DNA of 64,000 nucleotides from an uncultured Actinomycetes bacterium (GTDB lineage Bacteria; Actinomycetota; Thermoleophilia; RBG-16-64-13), in NCBI GenBank assembly GCA_963841735.1, contig CAWJDT010000001.1, positions 800,001 through 864,000 of the forward strand, written 5' to 3'. The position numbers and the translations under genes were made by a program. Below, in pieces: positions 58,282 to 64,000 of the stretch. The notes below the pieces were generated by a model. It did not search any database. It saw only the letters and a list, made by a program, of their open reading frames with translations, and had not been told where the DNA came from. How positions within the stretch are numbered: the stretch's first letter is position 1; each line of letters opens with the position of its first letter.

Positions 58282-58931
58282 GACCAGATGCCCTGATATT
58301 CGATCTCGACGGGACCCTTTGGGACGCCGCGGTGCCCTCCGCTGAGGGCTGGAACCTTGCCCTGGAAGAGATCGGGGTTGAGCAGCGAGTGGATGGGGCC
58401 GACATTCGCTCGGTTTCGGGCACTCCTTTCGAGCAATGTGTGCGGACGCTTCTGCCGGGTATGAGTCCCCCGTCGGAGGCCATGGTTGAGGCCCTCGATG
58501 CGGGCGAGCGCAAGATGATCGAGGCGGTCGGCGGGACACTCTATCCCGCTGTGGCCGAGGGGCTGCGCCGCCTGTCCGAGGTCTACCGACTCTTCGTGGT
58601 GAGCAACTGCCCCGACTGGTATCTGGAGTGTTTTCTGCAGATGACGGGGCTGCGCGGGTGCTTCACTGGTTGGGATTGTCACGGCTCGTCGGGCCTGCCC
58701 AAGCCGGAGATGATGCGGGGTCTGTGCCAGAAGCACGGGTTGCTGCACGCGGTCTACGTGGGCGACACTCACGGCGACCGGCAGGCCACTGAAGCCGCCG
58801 GCTTGGAGTTCGTCTTTGCCCGCTACGGCTTCGGCCATACTGAGGCCCCGACCCTGGTGTTTGACGACTTTGAGGAGCTGGTGGAGCATTTCTTGGCAGG
58901 CAACGGCATCACCGTGGTGAAGCGGGACTGA
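58278..58931 (+). CDS. HAD family hydrolase
   Basis: FDLDGTL, VSN, K, YVGD..GD. Confidence 0.9.
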   Translation: MRPDALIFDLDGTLWDAAVPSAEGWNLALEEIGVEQRVDGADIRSVSGTPFEQCVRTLLPGMSPPSEAMVEALDAGERKMIEAVGGTLYPAVAEGLRRLSEVYRLFVVSNCPDWYLECFLQMTGLRGCFTGWDCHGSSGLPKPEMMRGLCQKHGLLHAVYVGDTHGDRQATEAAGLEFVFARYGFGHTEAPTLVFDDFEELVEHFLAGNGITVVKRD

Positions 58932-59054
58932 GGCTGCTTTACGTGCGGACAACTCGGCGCTAGACTGGATTACAGGGTCCGTTCTTGCGCGGCGGGCCAT
59001 GTGTGTCCACCGGCTCGTATTAGTGGGGTACGGGCGATAGGAAAGGGGACTGTC

Positions 59055-59567
59055 GTGGGATCTGGGTTTGCCAATCGCATCACTACTCTGATCTGCTGCG
59101 TGCTTGCTCTGGTCGTTTTGGGGTTGTCGACGGGAACGAGCACAAGCGTGGGCGCGCCTGCGCCCTCCATACCCGCCGTGCAACAGACGATTCCGGGCCT
59201 TGACCCGGGGGTGATAGCTACAGCGTTCATCACGACCACTACTGCGCCGACCCCTACCACCGTAGCGCCCACTACGACCACGCACGCGGCCCCTGTAACG
59301 ACCACCACCGCGGCTCCCGCGACTACTACCTCCGCCGCTCCCACTACCACCGAGGCGCCTACTACCACCGAGGCGCCGACCACCACCGAGATGGTGTCTA
59401 CCACGATCGATGACGCGGCAGCCGGCGGCGGGCTCGGGGGCGGATGGACGGCGTTCATCGTGGTAATGGCCGTCCTCGCCTTGGGTGGCTTGGGTACGAT
59501 GTTCTACCTGCTTGGCAGGCGGGGCAAGGGTGGCGGTTCCCCGGGATCGCAGAGCAACGCCGCGTAG
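59055..59567 (+). CDS. Thr-rich secreted, membrane-anchored protein
   Basis: Signal-like N-terminus, PTTTEA x3 (18-bp repeats at about 59340-59390), C-terminal TM plus basic tail. Confidence 0.6.
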   Translation: MGSGFANRITTLICCVLALVVLGLSTGTSTSVGAPAPSIPAVQQTIPGLDPGVIATAFITTTTAPTPTTVAPTTTTHAAPVTTTTAAPATTTSAAPTTTEAPTTTEAPTTTEMVSTTIDDAAAGGGLGGGWTAFIVVMAVLALGGLGTMFYLLGRRGKGGGSPGSQSNAA

Positions 59568-59648
59568 ACAATCTGCGCCCAGGGCGGGAAACCCGTCTAG
59601 CAAAGACGGCTCCTCACAGGCGCGGCAGGGTTGAGCAGGCGCAGGAGT

Positions 59649-62573
<2,925 letters not shown>

Positions 62574-62697
62574 CAGCCGCTCCAGACATCTCGCCGGTCA
62601 TTTGTGGGCTTCCCGGTACTCTGAGTTCTCAACACCATATTGTCAGGGCTTTCAAGACCTCTTGTACCGCGGGTAGCGCTGGGGGTAACATAGCGCC

Positions 62698-62708
62698 GAA
62701 CAGTGTTC
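62698..62708. promoter_or_regulatory. Candidate TetR operator
   Basis: GAACA-G-TGTTC palindrome upstream of the TetR gene. Confidence 0.35.
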
Positions 62709-62765
62709 ATCAAGTTGTGCAGCGTTCCACCGCATGACGCATGTTCGCCGACCAGGGAGACTGTC

Positions 62766-63395
62766 TTGGAAGTTGACCTCTGTCTATCGCGCCGGGACCG
62801 TCGGCGCAAGGACACAAGGGAAGAGATACTAACGGCAGCACGCGAGCTGATGCTTGAAGTCGGACCCGAAGCACTCAGTCTTCGTCAAGTGGCCAGACGA
62901 GCGGATTTCAGCCCCGCGGCGCTCTACACCTACTTCTCCAGCCGGGACGAGTTGGTGGCCTCGCTCTTTGCCGAGTCGTTCGCCCGGCTGGACGACTACC
63001 TAGGGCGTGTACCCACCGATCTGCCCTGGGAGAAGCGGGTGGTGGAGCTGGGGATGGCCTACATGGACTTCGGCCGGAACAACCCCATGGACCTGCGCTG
63101 CATCCTTGCAGCCACCTCGTTGGAGGGACCCTACTTGGCGAACGTGACGGCCATGGGCCTGGGAGCGATACGGCTGATCGGGGAGACGTTCAGGGAAGGC
63201 ATGGAGAAGGGGCTCTTCTCGACAGTGCAGGGTCTCACCGCGCCCGAACTGGCTTTTGGCACATGGGCTCTTGTTCACGGGATGGTCTCAGTGGCCGGCA
63301 CAGACCTGAGCGGCGTGGCAAACGATGTCTCGGCTGATCCCCGCCGGGTGCTCGAAGCATTTGTGGCCACGCTCACTTCTTCTGGGACGGAGTAG
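62766..63395 (+). CDS. TetR/AcrR family regulator (WHG-type)
   Basis: ILTAAREL...SLRQVARR...ALYTYF; WALVHG. Confidence 0.9.
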   Translation: MEVDLCLSRRDRRRKDTREEILTAARELMLEVGPEALSLRQVARRADFSPAALYTYFSSRDELVASLFAESFARLDDYLGRVPTDLPWEKRVVELGMAYMDFGRNNPMDLRCILAATSLEGPYLANVTAMGLGAIRLIGETFREGMEKGLFSTVQGLTAPELAFGTWALVHGMVSVAGTDLSGVANDVSADPRRVLEAFVATLTSSGTE

Positions 63396-63400
63396 GGAAA

Positions 63401-64000
63401 ATGTTCGAAGCCCTAGGACGGTTCTCGTACCGCTTCAGATGGGCGGTGATCGCCTTCTGGGTGGTGGTGTTCGGCGTTAGCGTAGCGGCGACGCCTCTGC
63501 TCGAGAACGTGCTCACGGGGGGATTTTCCGATCCCAAGGCGCCGGCGGAGCAGGCGGGCGCCCTTGTCCAAGAGAAGTTCGCGCAGGGTGCGACCACCCT
63601 GGTAATAGTGTTCAAGAGCGAGACGCTGGAAGCCACCGGGGAGGAGTTTCAAGCGGCCGAGAAGGCGGCGCTGGACGCGCTGGCAGCGGCACGGATCGCC
63701 TTCCTGGACAGCGTTCAGAGCTACGCCAGCACCGGGACCGAGCTGATGGTCTCCAAGGATGGGCACAGCTCGGTGGCTGTTCTCAACTTCTCTGCCCCAC
63801 TGCAGACCGTCCAGGGCGAGGTGGACCAGATCCGGCAGTCGATCGCCGGTGGGCCGCTGAAAACGTATGTGACGGGCGAGCCCGCGGTCTATGAAGACAT
63901 AACTACTCACTCGTTCAGCGACCTGCGCAAGGTGGAAATCTACGGCCTGCCGGTGGCGCTCATCGCGCTCATTCTCGTCTTCGGGAGTCTGGTGGCGGCG
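63401..64000 (+). CDS. MMPL family transporter, N-terminal part; truncated by window edge
   Basis: Own translation MFEALGRFSYRFRWAVIAFW...SKDGH...VTGEPAV...DLRKVE...LILVFGSLVA. Confidence 0.9.
   Translation, partial: MFEALGRFSYRFRWAVIAFWVVVFGVSVAATPLLENVLTGGFSDPKAPAEQAGALVQEKFAQGATTLVIVFKSETLEATGEEFQAAEKAALDALAAARIAFLDSVQSYASTGTELMVSKDGHSSVAVLNFSAPLQTVQGEVDQIRQSIAGGPLKTYVTGEPAVYEDITTHSFSDLRKVEIYGLPVALIALILVFGSLVAA

Noticed and set aside
58146-59603. Long antisense ORFs (this 485-aa one and many similar)
   Set aside because: Shadow ORFs of high-GC coding genes with no recognisable motifs

Overview
GC-rich bacterial chromosomal window. Gene content (MMPL/TetR, CutR/S-like two-component system, DUF6777-type protein, VanW paralogs, FmdE/ModE) suggests an anaerobic Actinomycetota such as Thermoleophilia; this is inference only. 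Most of the window is housekeeping or transport. The accessory core (about 9.07-16.7 kb) is an integron whose intI points toward its cassette array. It has a candidate attI downstream of intI, three cassettes (PIN-like, lipoprotein, frameshifted HEPN-like) and two near-identical attC sites. Two different IS110/IS1111 elements have invaded it, one in the attI region and one inside attC2. Their 3' non-coding regions contain short segments matching both flanks of their own insertion sites and their own ends, i.e. readable bridge/seek-RNA guides. A 3 x ~148-bp palindromic repeat lies upstream of intI, and the array ends in a fusion to a flotillin-like gene fragment. Other notable items are a ModE-box-controlled FecCD-type metal operon, a zinc-ribbon/SPFH/DUF2207 operon whose first gene appears to start at ATC, a BirA operator overlapping the birA stop codon, and tRNA-Arg(CCT).
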